63,526 nucleotides of DNA, filler included, from Craspedostauros australis (GCA_030167865.1; 13 parts of 13 records of this genome joined end to end with filler, not necessarily neighbours in it); one strand, 5' to 3'. Shown: positions 1 through 12,707, counted from the whole stretch's first letter. The notes: generated by a model from the sequence alone, not told the origin. Translations and numbers: made by a program.

Positions 1-85
1 CACGCTTGTGTCCCAAAGCTGGGGATGCTGACAATGCGGCAGTCGCCACGAAGACGGTGAAGAAGGTTTTGGAAAGACGGAACAT
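1..85 (-). CDS. 5' end of a secreted protein (signal peptide); gene runs off the window start
   Basis: Not in the ORF track. ATG at 85 on the minus strand reads MFRLSKTFFTVFVATAALSASPALGHKR: basic n-region, hydrophobic core, A-L-G cleavage-like site. A CA-rich leader precedes it. Confidence 0.6.
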   Translation of the reverse strand, partial: MFRLSKTFFTVFVATAALSASPALGHKR

Positions 86-2960
86 TGCTCGTGATGAATG
101 AGAGATGGGTGGGATAGGTTGTTTGTTGTGTGTGTTGTTTGTGAAGTCGGTTTGTTTGTGTGTTTGTGTTGATGAGATGCTATTGCTTTGGATGCTTTTC
201 GTTTTTATGAGAGGATGAGGATTGTCTTCGAAGTTGATCAGCCACTGCCATTGATTGCCTTGCTGCTTGCACCATACCTTCTTGAAATCAATATGACAGA
301 TGCTTGAGTGGCTGCATCATGCATCGTGAGCCAACATCGCGGGCCAACATCGCGCGAGATCGATTGATCGATCGATAGGTATCCAACCACACCATTTGAT
401 CGTGCATCTGATCTTGGTCGGGATAGTACGAGTGCGTGATACCACAGTGCTCGAGAGGATTTGACTCGGAGGTACTCTCGGTGATGTTGAATCCACACTG
501 GTGATGGAGGCAAGGCATCTGAGGAATCCGAGATGCTCTGCATTCCCAAGGCATTCTCGGGTATTTCTCCTTTCCCTTTCCCAAGACCAATGTTGTTGTT
601 GTTGCTGCAACGCTCGATGAGGCAAAGTTGGCACAACCCACTCTTTCTTACTCCTCCTGTACCTGCACCATGCTATACTCGGTCGTATCATCTGCGATCG
701 TTGCGTGTTGTTGATCGCAAGTGGCCGGATCGCAATCTCACGGACACGGCAACTTCCGTGTGGACTTGCTGAGTGGATCGTGTTTGGATCTTCGTTCATC
801 CGAATCGAGTCTGTGTTGGTCTTTTCGGTCTCATGAGAGTTCCGTTTGTTTTGTCGGAGTGGACATTCTGTGACGCAATACACGAAGCACACTTAACAAT
901 ATGAGAACCGGTCGGTATTCATTCCAGAAAAGCCAAAGCGGCAACACGCCGTTCTGTTCGTCCTCTCACATTTTCGAAACACGAAACAATCACAAACAGC
1001 ACGTGCATCACCGCAACAACACAAACCTCGCCGAAGAGATTGGCGCACATGGGGCGATCGTGCCAAAGCAGTTATGGCGCGACCATGGTGCTCTGTGAGA
1101 AGTTGTGAAGATCGATCGTTGTGAGCCATTCTGTCGGTGCCGACTCGTTCGGAAGGAACAGACGTTACGCGGGGTGATGTTTGCGAGTGTTCCACATTGG
1201 TCGTTGTGTCCACCTCCACGGGGCATTCGGATGACTATCAGGATTCGATCTTTGCCGTCTCGAGTGGAAGACGGCGGTTCCGTTGCGTTCCATCCGGAAT
1301 GTTACGAATCGGGAGAGCTTTCGTAGTAGTATGGTGGAGTCTTCGTCTGAGCAGGACTTGAATCTCTCCCTCTCCCTCTCCAAATCGATACTTATACCAG
1401 CGGGAAATAGCGCGAAGCGAGCTCAGGTAGTGCACGTACAAGTACGTATGGCATTGGCACGTGCGCAAGAAGTTCGCTGTGTTGATCCTGTGCTCTGTTC
1501 ACGTCTTCGCCCCACCAACAGCAGCGGCAGCAGCAGTAGCGATGCCAACCATGACGGCATTCCATTCCGCAACTCCTTCTCGCCACCGCCGCCAAGCCAA
1601 TTCGAACCTGCGAGAATGATACAACGCGACGCCATGATGCGGAATGCTCGTCGCGGGGAAAAGGAAAAGGACGCCCGTCGATGCTTCCTGGGAATCATGT
1701 TGGACGCGTTCAGGCGATGACATCCTGTCTCGTGGCGATCACCCTCGAGGTTTGCCATACACACGACTACTCGCAACAGAATACCTTGTTGACAAAAGAG
1801 GAAAAACCTGGGATGAATGTGGGGTCCAAGCAGAACGAAACGCACAGTAGTGTGTGTATCGAGGATGAAAGCACTCTTGCAACATATCACATGGATACAA
1901 GACAAAGCCCCAGGCTGTTCGCCGAAGGCAGCTCGCCAAGAGGGAAAGATTCGGAGATCGAGGGTGGAGCGATTGGTTGGATCCATGGTTGCGGCTCCTC
2001 GCCGATACGACAATCGCCTGAGCTGAGGACACAAGGAATCACAACATGCCTATTCGTACATACGGCGCTGGTTGCTTTCCCTTCCTCATTGCCACGTGTA
2101 TACCCATCATCGGCACCGCCCTTCCAACCGCAGCCAAGAGTCATCATTGCCTCCGCCACATGATACAACAACACCAGCATGACTCCGCAAGAAGAGGAAC
2201 ACGCTTTCCATCTCACGTAACTTGACATCACCTGACCTCTCGCATGGCTTCGTGCCGGACTCGATGTCAGAGATGCCTTGGACGTGTCCTTCCCGCGGTT
2301 GCACGGATCACAAACACCGAACTCCTCCACGTTCCTGTCCGGCTTCGCCCTGCCCTTCTACACCACGAGCTACACTGCTCTCCGATTCCCCTCCAATGCC
2401 GCTCATCAATTCCACAAGATCTCCGCGCCACGACCAACATTCACAAATCATGCACAGGCGAAGTTGGCGGGCACACGCGAGAGCAAACAAAAATTGGTCT
2501 TGTCCGATACCGCGCCTGATTCGTGGGCGACTGAGGTAGTCGATCGAGTCAAACATTCCACTCAATGACTAATTCGCGGTCTGAGTGGAGCCTCCGATCT
2601 TGCTCAAGCTTGTGTTGCTGCAATCTGATTCGAGGTGTGTATGGAATAATAGATATGTACGCGTAGATACTCGTACATGCTTCTCAGATACCAGACCAGT
2701 GTTTACTTGCGCTGCTCTGCGTTCAAATTGCACACTCTGGCATGGTCGCACGGGAGGGCCTCAGTTCATAGTACCCACTTGAGTTAGAGTATTTCATTTA
2801 CCATCTCCAATTCATGGTCTTTCCTATAATACAATTTAAATCCGAAGTGCTGTTGGCGTATCCTCAATGTTGCCAATTGCTCTGTTTGGGAATTCCGGCT
2901 TTGTTCGGACGCAAACATCAAAGGCCCCAGCATGTAGACTTCCACTGTCAATATGGATGC

Positions 2961-4427
2961 TCAAACCTTCACCCTCTTCACACGAAGCTTGGCATTGGCG
3001 TATTTCAATGTCATGAAGTAATCCAACTTGCCTTCCGCCACCAATTCGAACTCGTACTTCGACAAGACGCTGGGCAAGACCGAGTCGAGTTCAGCAATCG
3101 CCAACGATTGGCCAGGGCACTTGCGATTGCCCACAGCGAATGGAATAACACTCTGCACCATTTCCTTTGTCGGATTCTCCCATCGACCAGGTTTGAATTG
3201 AGTAGCATCTTCGAACACCATCTCGTCTCTGTGGGCCGTGATCTGTGGAAGGAAGACGGTGGCACCTTTCGGGATCTTGACCTTGCGGTTGGCAGGCTCA
3301 TCAACCAAGATGAAGTCGCGGTTGGCGAGACGAGCGGAGGTCAATGCAGCAACAGGGAGCACTCGCTGGGATTCGGTGATCACGCGCTTGAGATGATCCT
3401 TGGATTGTGCCGGATCATCCTGCAACAACGATTGTTGCAGTTCTCTCATCTCCTTGGGATGTTTGGCCAGCAACACGAGGGTGTTGGCAAGAGAGTATCC
3501 TGTCGTATCAAAACCGGCAATGAGCAAGAGAAGCAGCTCCGCAGCCTTCTCTTTCTCGGACATACTATACGGGTTTGATTCAACCACCTTGATCAACGTG
3601 TTCTGCTCCGATTTGTTGGGATTCTCGCGATATGCCATCAAGACCTTCTTCACAAAGTCCTGCATAGCAGAGCAGGATTTGCGCGCCACCCAGACCTCTG
3701 GGATCATGAAACCGAATACTTTCCGCAAAGGATTGACAGCTTGACCGATGGCGAACTCACGTGCAGTCACCTCGAAATTGGATGTGAACAGATCGAAGTC
3801 TTCGGGAGTCGATTCGTATTCGAAGGCTGCCTCCATGATGGATTTGAATGCGACCTTCAGCAATTCGACGGAAGGATTGAATGTCATGTCGATGTCTGCC
3901 AGCTTCTCGAGGAAATCAGTTTCCCATTGCTTGGTGTACTTTGTGCAAATGGAATTCATCCGACTGACTTCGCGAGAGGAAAACGAATGCGCAACTGCCT
4001 TCTTCATTTTCTTGAAACGCAGGTCGAGTGTTGGACGTGTCCCCATTTGTTTCTGTCCAACCATACCATTGAAGCCTGCGTATATGGTCATCGGCTTGTC
4101 GGTCGTCTTGTCGAGCAGAATCTCGTGTTGATCCTTCGCAGAGCAGAGGACATACATGCCACCAGGGAGGGGGATGTTGTGCTGGAAGATGGACGATCCC
4201 AAGGAATCTCGAAGCTGGAGATGCCAACATGGTGCTTCGGATGAAGTTAGCATCTTGATAGATTCCATGATCCCAACAGGACTCTTCACGGGAGCATCCT
4301 TGGCGGGTGGTTTGTTGAAGGCGACAACCAACCATCCGATGGCAAGCGCGAGTGGGAGAAGGAGCACCGATGCGATGTTGTCTCGCAATGCCGTCGCAAT
4401 GTCGAAGTCCATCGTGGTCGTAGTCAT
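2961..4427 (-). CDS. Cytochrome P450, single exon, 488 aa
   Basis: N-terminal TM anchor, I-helix AGFDTT, K-helix ESQR (ExxR), FKPGRW (PERF-like) and heme signature PFAVGNRKCPG. The start is uncertain because the frame stays open upstream as poly-Thr. Confidence 0.95.
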   Translation of the reverse strand: MTTTTMDFDIATALRDNIASVLLLPLALAIGWLVVAFNKPPAKDAPVKSPVGIMESIKMLTSSEAPCWHLQLRDSLGSSIFQHNIPLPGGMYVLCSAKDQHEILLDKTTDKPMTIYAGFNGMVGQKQMGTRPTLDLRFKKMKKAVAHSFSSREVSRMNSICTKYTKQWETDFLEKLADIDMTFNPSVELLKVAFKSIMEAAFEYESTPEDFDLFTSNFEVTAREFAIGQAVNPLRKVFGFMIPEVWVARKSCSAMQDFVKKVLMAYRENPNKSEQNTLIKVVESNPYSMSEKEKAAELLLLLIAGFDTTGYSLANTLVLLAKHPKEMRELQQSLLQDDPAQSKDHLKRVITESQRVLPVAALTSARLANRDFILVDEPANRKVKIPKGATVFLPQITAHRDEMVFEDATQFKPGRWENPTKEMVQSVIPFAVGNRKCPGQSLAIAELDSVLPSVLSKYEFELVAEGKLDYFMTLKYANAKLRVKRVKV

Positions 4428-4467
4428 TGTTATAGTGGTTGTTATTATCGTGGTAGTAGTCGTAGTC

Positions 4468-4468
4468 G

Positions 4469-4548
<80 letters not shown>
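4468..4548. repeat. (GTT)27 microsatellite, cut by the contig end
   Basis: Perfect GTT run just upstream of the P450 start, preceded by degenerate GTN triplets. Confidence 0.97.
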
Positions 4549-4648
4549 NNNNNNNNNNNNNNNNNNNNNNNNNNNNNNNNNNNNNNNNNNNNTTAATTAA
4601 TTAANNNNNNNNNNNNNNNNNNNNNNNNNNNNNNNNNNNNNNNNNNNN
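4549..4648. other. Artificial contig spacer N44-TTAATTAATTAA-N44; also at 6508-6607, 12608-12707, 16824-16923, 18567-18666, 36080-36179, 37925-38024, 46143-46242, 49753-49852, 53361-53460, 57212-57311 and 62316-62415
   Basis: The same 100-nt construct occurs 12 times. The 12-mer places stop codons in all six frames. Confidence 0.99.
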
Positions 4649-5150
4649 CGGTCTTGTCTGTGGCGTCAATATCATGCGTTGGCTCGTCGCCATTGGCAGT
4701 ATTATGGCCATCGCCATATCCGTCGATGGCAATGGTCTTGAGCTTGAGCTGCTGAGCGAAGCTGGCAAAGGGCTCCGTGCCCATCCGGATGATGCAGATG
4801 GATCCGGCGGTGCGATCGACGATGAGGACGTTTTCATCCATGCCTGGTTGGCTGAGAGAGGAGACGAAGATCTTCTGGCTGTCGTCACTTGCGACTTGCG
4901 GATCCAGCGAGAATCCACATACCTGGCAGCTGGCGTACTTCCGGTTCTGCCGCTCCTGGTCTGACACCTGCTGCAGTCGTTCGTGCAGAACCGTCGAGAA
5001 GGAGTGAGAGAAGCACGACTAGTCCACCACAGGGAACATCTGGCTGTCGTCTTGGTCCATGCCTCCAGCATTGGGACTGGTGCTACTGCTGCTGCTGCTG
5101 GTACTGCTACTGCTATCATGTTCGTCGTCCTTGTTCGTGTGGTCGTCGAA
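4649..5150 (-). pseudogene. Unidentified coding-like frame with one internal TAG, truncated by the spacer
   Basis: One frame reads DDHTNKDDEHDSSSST...QMFPVVD*SCFSHSFSTVLHERLQQVSDQERQNRKY...DATDKT. No family recognised. Confidence 0.35.
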
Positions 5151-5719
5151 AAGACGGGAGGCCGAAGATCGAGAGAGAGCGTGGAAAAGCAGTGGTTTGG
5201 AGAGGTCGTGTTCTGTTCCAATGATACTCTGTATCGTTCATGTCTCGTTGTGTTGTTGAGTGATTCATTCCGTTGCTCTCCGCAAGGGTGAATCACATCT
5301 TGGCCGATGAAGCCGAGTTCGATAAATCTGAAGGTTCGCCATGTCAGAACGTGAGTTTGATGCGCTTGTTGTGTCTTGCAGTTCCAAAAAGTCAGTCCCG
5401 GGAGAACTCTCCAACAGAACGATGATGCTTTCTTGGTGTCAAACGTTCTCGCAAGTGCCTCCGAAGTGCCACTGTTCTTTTGTTCAATCCAACACATCAA
5501 CTGTTCCGACGAACGTGTCTGTGCCACACCACAGAAAAAGTGATTTCTTTGGCGATTGATTCGTTCGAGGGCGAGGCCCGCCAAATTCAGTGGTTTGTTC
5601 TGGTTGTGGATCTTGTTGAGCTGGCAACTTGGTTGGAATTTGGCGGATGCCGACCAACAACCACAAATTACCACGAGTGAGGAAACCATTTCCTCGCACA
5701 ACCAGCACAACCAACGTGC

Positions 5720-6340
5720 GAGTAGCATCGTGAACATCGATGCACCCGATGATGAGGCCATGGTCGATCTCCGTGGAGGCACCTTCTCCATCAAACACTT
5801 CGTCTCGCGCCCATTGCACTATGCTCACACCGTCATGGCCCATCCAACCAACGAGGGCGACGACACCTCCAAGACGATCAGCAGCAGCAGCACCAGCAGC
5901 CATCATGGATCGCCACACATGACACCTGACGTCCACTCTGGGAAAGGCATCACCTGCGGACTCCGCCGACGGTTTCGATGGAGGATGCAGGCTCGTTGGC
6001 AACACCTCCTGCTGCCAACCACGCAAGCCTTCACACCAGCGGCTACGACAAGAACAACCGCAGGAGTCATCAACCTCCGCCACGACCATCAACTTCCAAC
6101 TACACAGGAACCACTCATCGATCGTGAGGATTAGGAGTAGATCCCGTCGAAATTACCGACGCATACCCTCCCCCACATGCCCACCTCCGCTTTTCAGAAG
6201 CCAAACCGTCGGCTTCGCAGCACAAGCGATGATGATGCTGGTGATGATCGTGACGAGGAGGATGAAGAGGAGGAGGATCCAACCCATGCGACAACTGCTG
6301 CTGCTTCGATCATTGAGCATGATGCAAATCATGCTCAATG
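5720..6340 (+). pseudogene. Possible decayed coding frame of unknown family
   Basis: The frame of ORF 5556-6134 continues past two TAG stops (RED*E*IPSK) into an acidic tract, DDDAGDDRDEEDEEEED. Confidence 0.25.
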
Positions 6341-6607
6341 ATCTTGCCCAGCGCAACTTTATCCAGCAAGTGCAATTGATGGTGAGTGCGATGGCAAATA
6401 TTGTACAGGATGACCATGACGATAAGGACACACAATCTGATGAGCATTGGCTCACGTGAATGATGTTGTCCGAATCGGATGATGAAAGTCAGCTTGTTCC
6501 AAAGTCCNNNNNNNNNNNNNNNNNNNNNNNNNNNNNNNNNNNNNNNNNNNNTTAATTAATTAANNNNNNNNNNNNNNNNNNNNNNNNNNNNNNNNNNNNN
6601 NNNNNNN

Positions 6608-7284
6608 TGGGTCGTGAAGTCTTGGAGGGCTTGGACGATGGCCGAGAACGGGTCACTCTGACCCGTGTACTCGTCATACTTTCCACGAAGAACGTAGCAG
6701 CAGGAGCAAGATGGTGCTGCATCGCCTGCATCCGCTTGTTCGGTCTTCGTTTGCTTCTGGTCGACGCCAGTGTTGCAGATACAGCACGTGTCGAGGAAGT
6801 GATCGACGAGAGCAGACTTTCCTGTACCGCTGACACCCCAGACCAGAACGGCTGGATGCACATCGAGTCTCTTGCTTGGCTTTGGTTTGGGTGCTGGCGT
6901 TGTTGCCTTGGTCTTGTCCTTGGTCTTGTCCTTGGTCTTGTCCTTGGTCTTGTCCTTGTCCTCATCAGCAGATGATTCCGGTGCAGGGGGAGTGGCATTG
7001 CTCTGGTGCTCCCCGATGATCTTGTCCTTCAGAGCTTTGAGCTGTTCGAGCTCTGCCTCTCTACCGAGGAATTGCGATGTGTCCTTCCATGGAGCGACGC
7101 CGCTTGAGGGGCCAGCGGCATCAGGTGCGTTGGAGGTTCCGATAGCATTAGGAGTGGTTTCGGTACCGGGGTTGGTTTTGGTATTGGAGTGATGTTCTTC
7201 CTCGAAGGGAGAATACTCATCTTCTTGAAAATCTCCAACAATNNNNNCCTTGCTCGCGCGGAGATGGTACTGTTCGACTTGCAT
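6608..7284 (-). CDS. 5' part of a COG3899/HstK-like STAND (AAA_16-type) ATPase; same gene as 12708-16823
   Basis: 6608-7242 is the reverse complement of 12708-13342 and 16924-17558. It contains FLGREAELEQL and Walker A GVSGTGKS. A candidate ATG lies at 7284, across a 5-N gap. Confidence 0.75.
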
Positions 7285-8326
7285 GGCGCGGTGTGGATGG
7301 GATTAGAGCAACTTGTGCGCGCAAAGAGATGCAGAGCTGATCGACTTCTGCAGCATGTCAATTTTATGATGACCTTGTGGTTGACAGCTTTTTGAGATGC
7401 TGAGACAGTCTACACGCGCGCGCAGGAGGGGGTCGTCTTCCTCGTTTTCTGTTGCGGGATCCCAACGAGTGATTCTGACACAAACACAAGGGAAAGCGTG
7501 ATCCGTGGTGTTGTTGTTGATCTTGTGTTGACTCTCTCGCACATGCCAGCAACAACTTCGCGAAGAAAACTGTTGTGGTGTTGTGTGTTCACAGCGGCGG
7601 GCACTGGTCGCGTTGTTGATGCCTCCACCCAAAAAATGTGCGGAGTTTCATCGCAAAGAGGCAATGATCGTGCCAGAAGGCCCAAGGCGCATCGTCGGCG
7701 AAGATGTGACGAGCTACTTCCTTCTTTGTCACGTGCTTTCGTGAACGCGAATGAAACCGCAGGCGAGCGACAACAGTATCAAGACCAGACGAGCGACAAA
7801 TTTGTGTCTTCAGGCGAAACTTGATGTATTGATTGTGCGACCGTTTCCTACTTGAATCTCTTGCGACTGAATGGCCCCCTCGTGATGGGCCAGATTGACC
7901 CTGGCGGCGACGGAAAGATGACCAAATGACGCGAGCTTTCTTGCAGCGCGAATAACTGAGACTGAATTGGATGTGCTAGAGAAACAAGCGTTCGTTTCTG
8001 TTGGCGCGAGAACCAGTCCCATTTGTGGATGCCACGTACAATTGAACCCTCTTGGGCTGACAAGTCGATGACCGGATATGACTAAAATTATATCATTCGT
8101 GGCTGAGGGAACGATCAAAGATAATTGTGCTTCTCCAATCCTGGTTCGTAAGGAGCTCCGGTGAATTTTGTGATTACGATCAATACAGCATTTCACTGGT
8201 AGTTACGGTATTATACACATTTAGTTTATTTACTCAAACACAATCATTCGACTTGAACGATCTAAGTGAATCGGAACAGACCTCGATCAGCGAGTCAACC
8301 AACCGTTTGAAATGGATATCCGCAAG

Positions 8327-9202
8327 TGTTGGAAATCCGGAGTTCTAGTATGAACTAATCTGTTTTTAGATCGTACCATTTTAGAACTGTGAGAACAAAC
8401 AACTTGACTCTCTTCAATTCCAATTCCACAGTAAGCATGATTGGTAACAATTCACCATTGTAGTTGAAGTTCATCTAAAGAACGGACTACTTTTTCACTC
8501 AGTGTGTTCCTTGTCGCACCATGAAATTATTTTGGCGCGAAATTTTGGCGCGAAACCTCCCACCAACAAATACGGAACAATCACTATTTTCCCTCCTTCT
8601 CCCACTTTCACTCATGAATCACCACTGACTCGAATACTATTCGAGTCAATGGATCAAGACACCTTGGGAACTATGTGCTCTCCTGAGCTATTGCAATGCT
8701 GCCAACCTGAATTCCATTGTCAGCTATGCAACCTGATAGCCCCGCATGACAATAGCCAAAGAGATCTTCCCAGCTTCAACACATGCAGGGAATCCTACAT
8801 CAATTCCCTTGCCCTGACAACCTGTGTTCTCGATCTCAACCTCAATCAAGGTGTCAAGGCTTTGTACTCGAACGTAGAACAACTACGATGAGATACTGGA
8901 GAAAGAGAGAAAGAGAGGACCCATCCGCCTTCAGCACTGAACCTCCAAAGGTCAGTGCAGAGCCGCACTACTCAACTAACAATTGTTTCTTCATCCTACG
9001 TCTCAAACTGATCAACTCACAATGCAGACTATTCAAATAACAAATAGCACAACTCAAGATCAGCACAACAACACTAATCTACTTCATTGTCACACACACA
9101 CACACTACTAATCTCCAGACGGTCGCCCCACGTTGACTTCACCATCAGATTCCTAGAATCTGGCAGTCAACTAGGCCATCCCTTCCGGATCGTGTCACAA
9201 CA
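8327..9202. mobile_element. LTR-like segment (TGTTG...CAACA), probably a solo or remnant LTR
   Basis: Begins TGTTGGAAATCCGG, shared with 37742, with a second conserved block at the same 46-nt offset. CAACA at 9198-9202 is a candidate other end. Non-coding; no TSD found, so the right boundary is tentative. Confidence 0.45.
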
Positions 9203-10238
9203 GTACACAAAAATCCAACTATTGTCATATACATGTTCATGGTTGCTTTCCTCTGCTTGATCATCTTGCTCTCATGCTCTCTCCTGCAGATTCATCGTGC
9301 ATATCCATAGTGTCATGCCTCTTCTACATTCGAGCACTATTTCTCGTAGCCACACAGGTACCTCAGCATGGGTCTCACACTGATCGATCCCACTTCATCT
9401 TTGATTCCTCAGTATTCTTCCTATGCCATCATGACTTGCTCAGTGGTCATGTTTGATTGATGTTGTGTCGTCATTTGTGCTCTTGGGTGAATAAGGGATC
9501 ACCTCCGTTTCTCCTTCTCACCATTTCTCCCATTGGGGTGACTCCTTGTCTGTCGATGCGTGTCAACATGCTTGGGACTTATTGACAGTATCACACATAG
9601 GCTTGGCTCATGTGCGAATACATCGCTAGTGGTTGAATCATAGGTTTGCCCTCATTTCAGCGATGGTGCATGGATAGACTCTATGGCAGGACATGACTGT
9701 GTTTGATGTCAGTCACTGATGGAGGAGTGAGGAGGGACAAGCTACAAGGTGGTCCGAGTGTGATCAAAAAAGTTGATTCCATCGAGTCGTGACACTATAA
9801 TTGGAAGGTGAGGCAATCATGGATACCTTGGTAAAAGCGTACCCTCAATTCCTAATACACCTGACTCGTTCCATTTGATCAGATCATGGTCTCCATGTTT
9901 CACAAGAACAGCTTGGATGTTTCCTCCTCTGACTTCTCATTCTGGGACAATCTCCGATCCTTCTCCGATCATTCACCGGATTGTCATCAGGGACTCTTTC
10001 ACGAGCCATCTCACACTTCGCGACGCCGGCCTGTCTTGTATACTCTATTCTTGTTCGTTGCGGCACAGGGGCTGTAGTTGAGTGTATTGTGATGCTGGTC
10101 ACAATCCAACATCGTTGCCCCCTGTGACATACAGGTGTGACTTCCATTCCTGCATTGAGGTCACGAACGTCACAGCCCGGTTCGCATTCGGCACGTGGCG
10201 TTCTCCACCGCAAAAACACGTGCAGCTCACAATTTTGG

Positions 10239-10817
10239 TGTGACAAAGATCCAAAGCGGGAGGTGTGATAATATATCTTTTCCTGACGCTCGACTCCACA
10301 CTCTTGGGGGGTGCAGCAATTCGGTGTTTAAGAACACCCGATTCCGGACACAGCAGTCAAAATCCTTGTGAATGCGAAACACGAACCAAGCACACAACAC
10401 AGAATACTGGACGTGGTTGTGTGACTCATATTTTCATAATATCGGCTTCTAAGCCAATCAGATCACTCCATTATGAACACAAGATACCTTCCGAACAGGG
10501 GGTGACCAGGACCGAAACGAGCATATAACGTCAATCGGAAAAATTATGAAATCCTGGAGTTGAGTTATGAACGCCCCAACAAGAGCGTTCATAACTCAAC
10601 TCTCACTTTTCGTCCGGGTCTCGTCTTGTGTCTTCATCTCGAATCGCTCCTCCAACGGCAATTTGGGAGTTTTTGTGGTTTCTGTCGAGATGTACATGTG
10701 AGTATATGTCGAGATGTACGTGTATATGTGCATCGTTCACCCGTTATTCTCTCATACGCACTTGTACGGTATAACTACATTCGTGTCAATAGTATGCTGT
10801 GATTCATCAGAATTACA
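10239..10817 (+). mobile_element. Possible second LTR remnant
   Basis: TGTGACA...TTACA followed by gTGG (PBS-like position), within a non-coding TE-rich tract. No partner LTR is visible. Confidence 0.25.
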
Positions 10818-11439
10818 GTGGAAATGGAACACACGAAAATGAGCAGAATTTCTGGAGGAAATTTGCAAACAACGATTTCTGAGAGAATTGGAAANNTCGT
10901 CCGTCCATCCATCAATGGTACCAAGAGAATCTCGAGGTACTTCCCAACTAAACCTCAGATGACGATATCATCTGACAGACTACTGCATCACCAATGGAAC
11001 GTGACATCTGGAGATCAGAAGGATGCCTACTGACATTGACAGGATGTCATCGTGTCACCACGTCGACATCTGTCTCCAGGTCAGAGCAGGAGGCGAAGAT
11101 CCGATGACCAAAGGGCATCAAGATCATGGATATGAGAGGTGAAGTTCAAATGGTAAGTATTCATGGAGTAGGAACCAGTAGTGAACGAACAGAGTATCGG
11201 ATGCAGAGTATGCATCGAATGCGAAGTATCGTGTAGCAGGAGCATACGATATTGAGAGAGAGAGAGAATACGAAGAGTAGCGAGAGAGGATCTCGCATAC
11301 CGACTCATAGTCGGAGACTGAATCTACGAAACAGACAAATGCGCCAAGAGCATCGGGCAAGAGAACGAACGGACACCGAGAGTATCGGAGTGCCAACGTA
11401 ATGAAATAGCAAACAAACGACTATCAACCAACACCATCT

Positions 11440-11820
11440 TCCACGATCGTAGACTTCCAATCATGGAACTTGCCAACACCTGTGTCAGTTGACGGACCTG
11501 TCTGCACAAGTCCTGCACTATGGGATGCCCTTCCTCATCATGAACTTTGGCATTCCTGGCCAGCCACACCTCCCAGGGTATTTCCAGATCCAACGCACTA
11601 TCTCCCTAGCCCAAGCACCTGTGTCAGGGCATCGACACTCGTGCGTCACCATCCACTGAGCTTGCTGGTGGATCCAATCCTCAGGAATAAATCCCAACAG
11701 GAGAGGGTACCACCCGATGGCACTTTGCGAGTTGTTGGAGCGCACATTCCTCCTCCAACTCACCAATCCAACTCTCATGCCCTGCACCAGCCGTGGGGAG
11801 GCTCCAATCTGATCAATCAT
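11440..11820 (-). mobile_element. Diverged, frameshifted 3' fragment of the non-LTR retrotransposon family at 39864-46142
   Basis: IGASPRLVQGMRVGLVSWRRN...IGWYPLLLGFIPEDW...WAREIVRWIWK / IPWEVWLARNAKVHDEEGHPIVQDL aligns to the C-terminus of ORF 39971-45436 (IGTAPRLVQRMRVGLVKWRRN...WAREVVRWIWKIPWEIWLARNAKVHDEEQHPTVQDL). Confidence 0.9.
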
Positions 11821-12707
11821 GGGATAGTCAATGACTTATTCAGAGAGAAACTTTATACATGAGCTTCAGGAGGACAGGGGATGAGCATAAGATACTTGGT
11901 TGGACCAACGCTGGCCAGTATGCACACCAACATGAGGGACAAAACTGGTGCAGCAGGAAGGTAACTCAACAAGTTAATACATTTGGTAACAAATGGACCG
12001 ATAAACATGAAAGAAAGAGTAATCCAATTTAGAATCTGAATAGAAGGTCAATACGAGCTGGAGTCTGTTTGTAGAGTGTGCTAATTAGTTGTTGAAATTG
12101 GAGACTTTTAGATGTAATATTACACATAAAGGTGTTGATGGCTTTGTTTTGAAGTTCTGGGTGTTGGCAGGCCTCAGAATGCAGTGGACGCGCTCAAGAA
12201 GCAAGATTAACTCACGGCACCAGCATCGGGTGCTGATGGACATCTGGTTTGTGCTGGAGGTTTGGAGGAATTTGTTGGAATTCTGTTGTAATCCCCCATA
12301 CCCCAGCAGCAACAAAAGACCGTCACCAAGAAACCCCCACAACAACACGACAATGGGGAAACAAAACAAGACTCAGCAAGGACCCTCAAATGCCATGAAC
12401 GGCATCGCAACAACCATCAGCCCAATTCCAAATCCAAGCACATCGACGGAACCGCATTGGAAATCTTGGTGGATGGGCTACGAGGGCGCTGTCAGAGTGG
12501 TCCAATTGAGGGAGCGATAGCGGAAAGAGCGAAAGGCGCAAAAAGGTGGCAAATTTGCACGTTGGGTACAGGTTGCGCGTGGACGATGCAAGCCATTCCG
12601 ACAACCANNNNNNNNNNNNNNNNNNNNNNNNNNNNNNNNNNNNNNNNNNNNTTAATTAATTAANNNNNNNNNNNNNNNNNNNNNNNNNNNNNNNNNNNNN
12701 NNNNNNN

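Noticed and set aside
4593..4604. Recurring TTAATTAATTAA palindrome as a biological repeat, CRISPR repeat or piggyBac site
   Set aside because: It is always centred in exactly 44+44 Ns, so it is an assembly linker.
9121..9147. tRNA-Lys primer-binding-site-like CAACGTGGGGC on the minus strand
   Set aside because: The match is only partial and is not adjacent to an identifiable LTR end.
12420..12607. SKSKHID resembling the copia RNase H motif
   Set aside because: The following residues lack the expected ADxxTK motif; probably a chance match.
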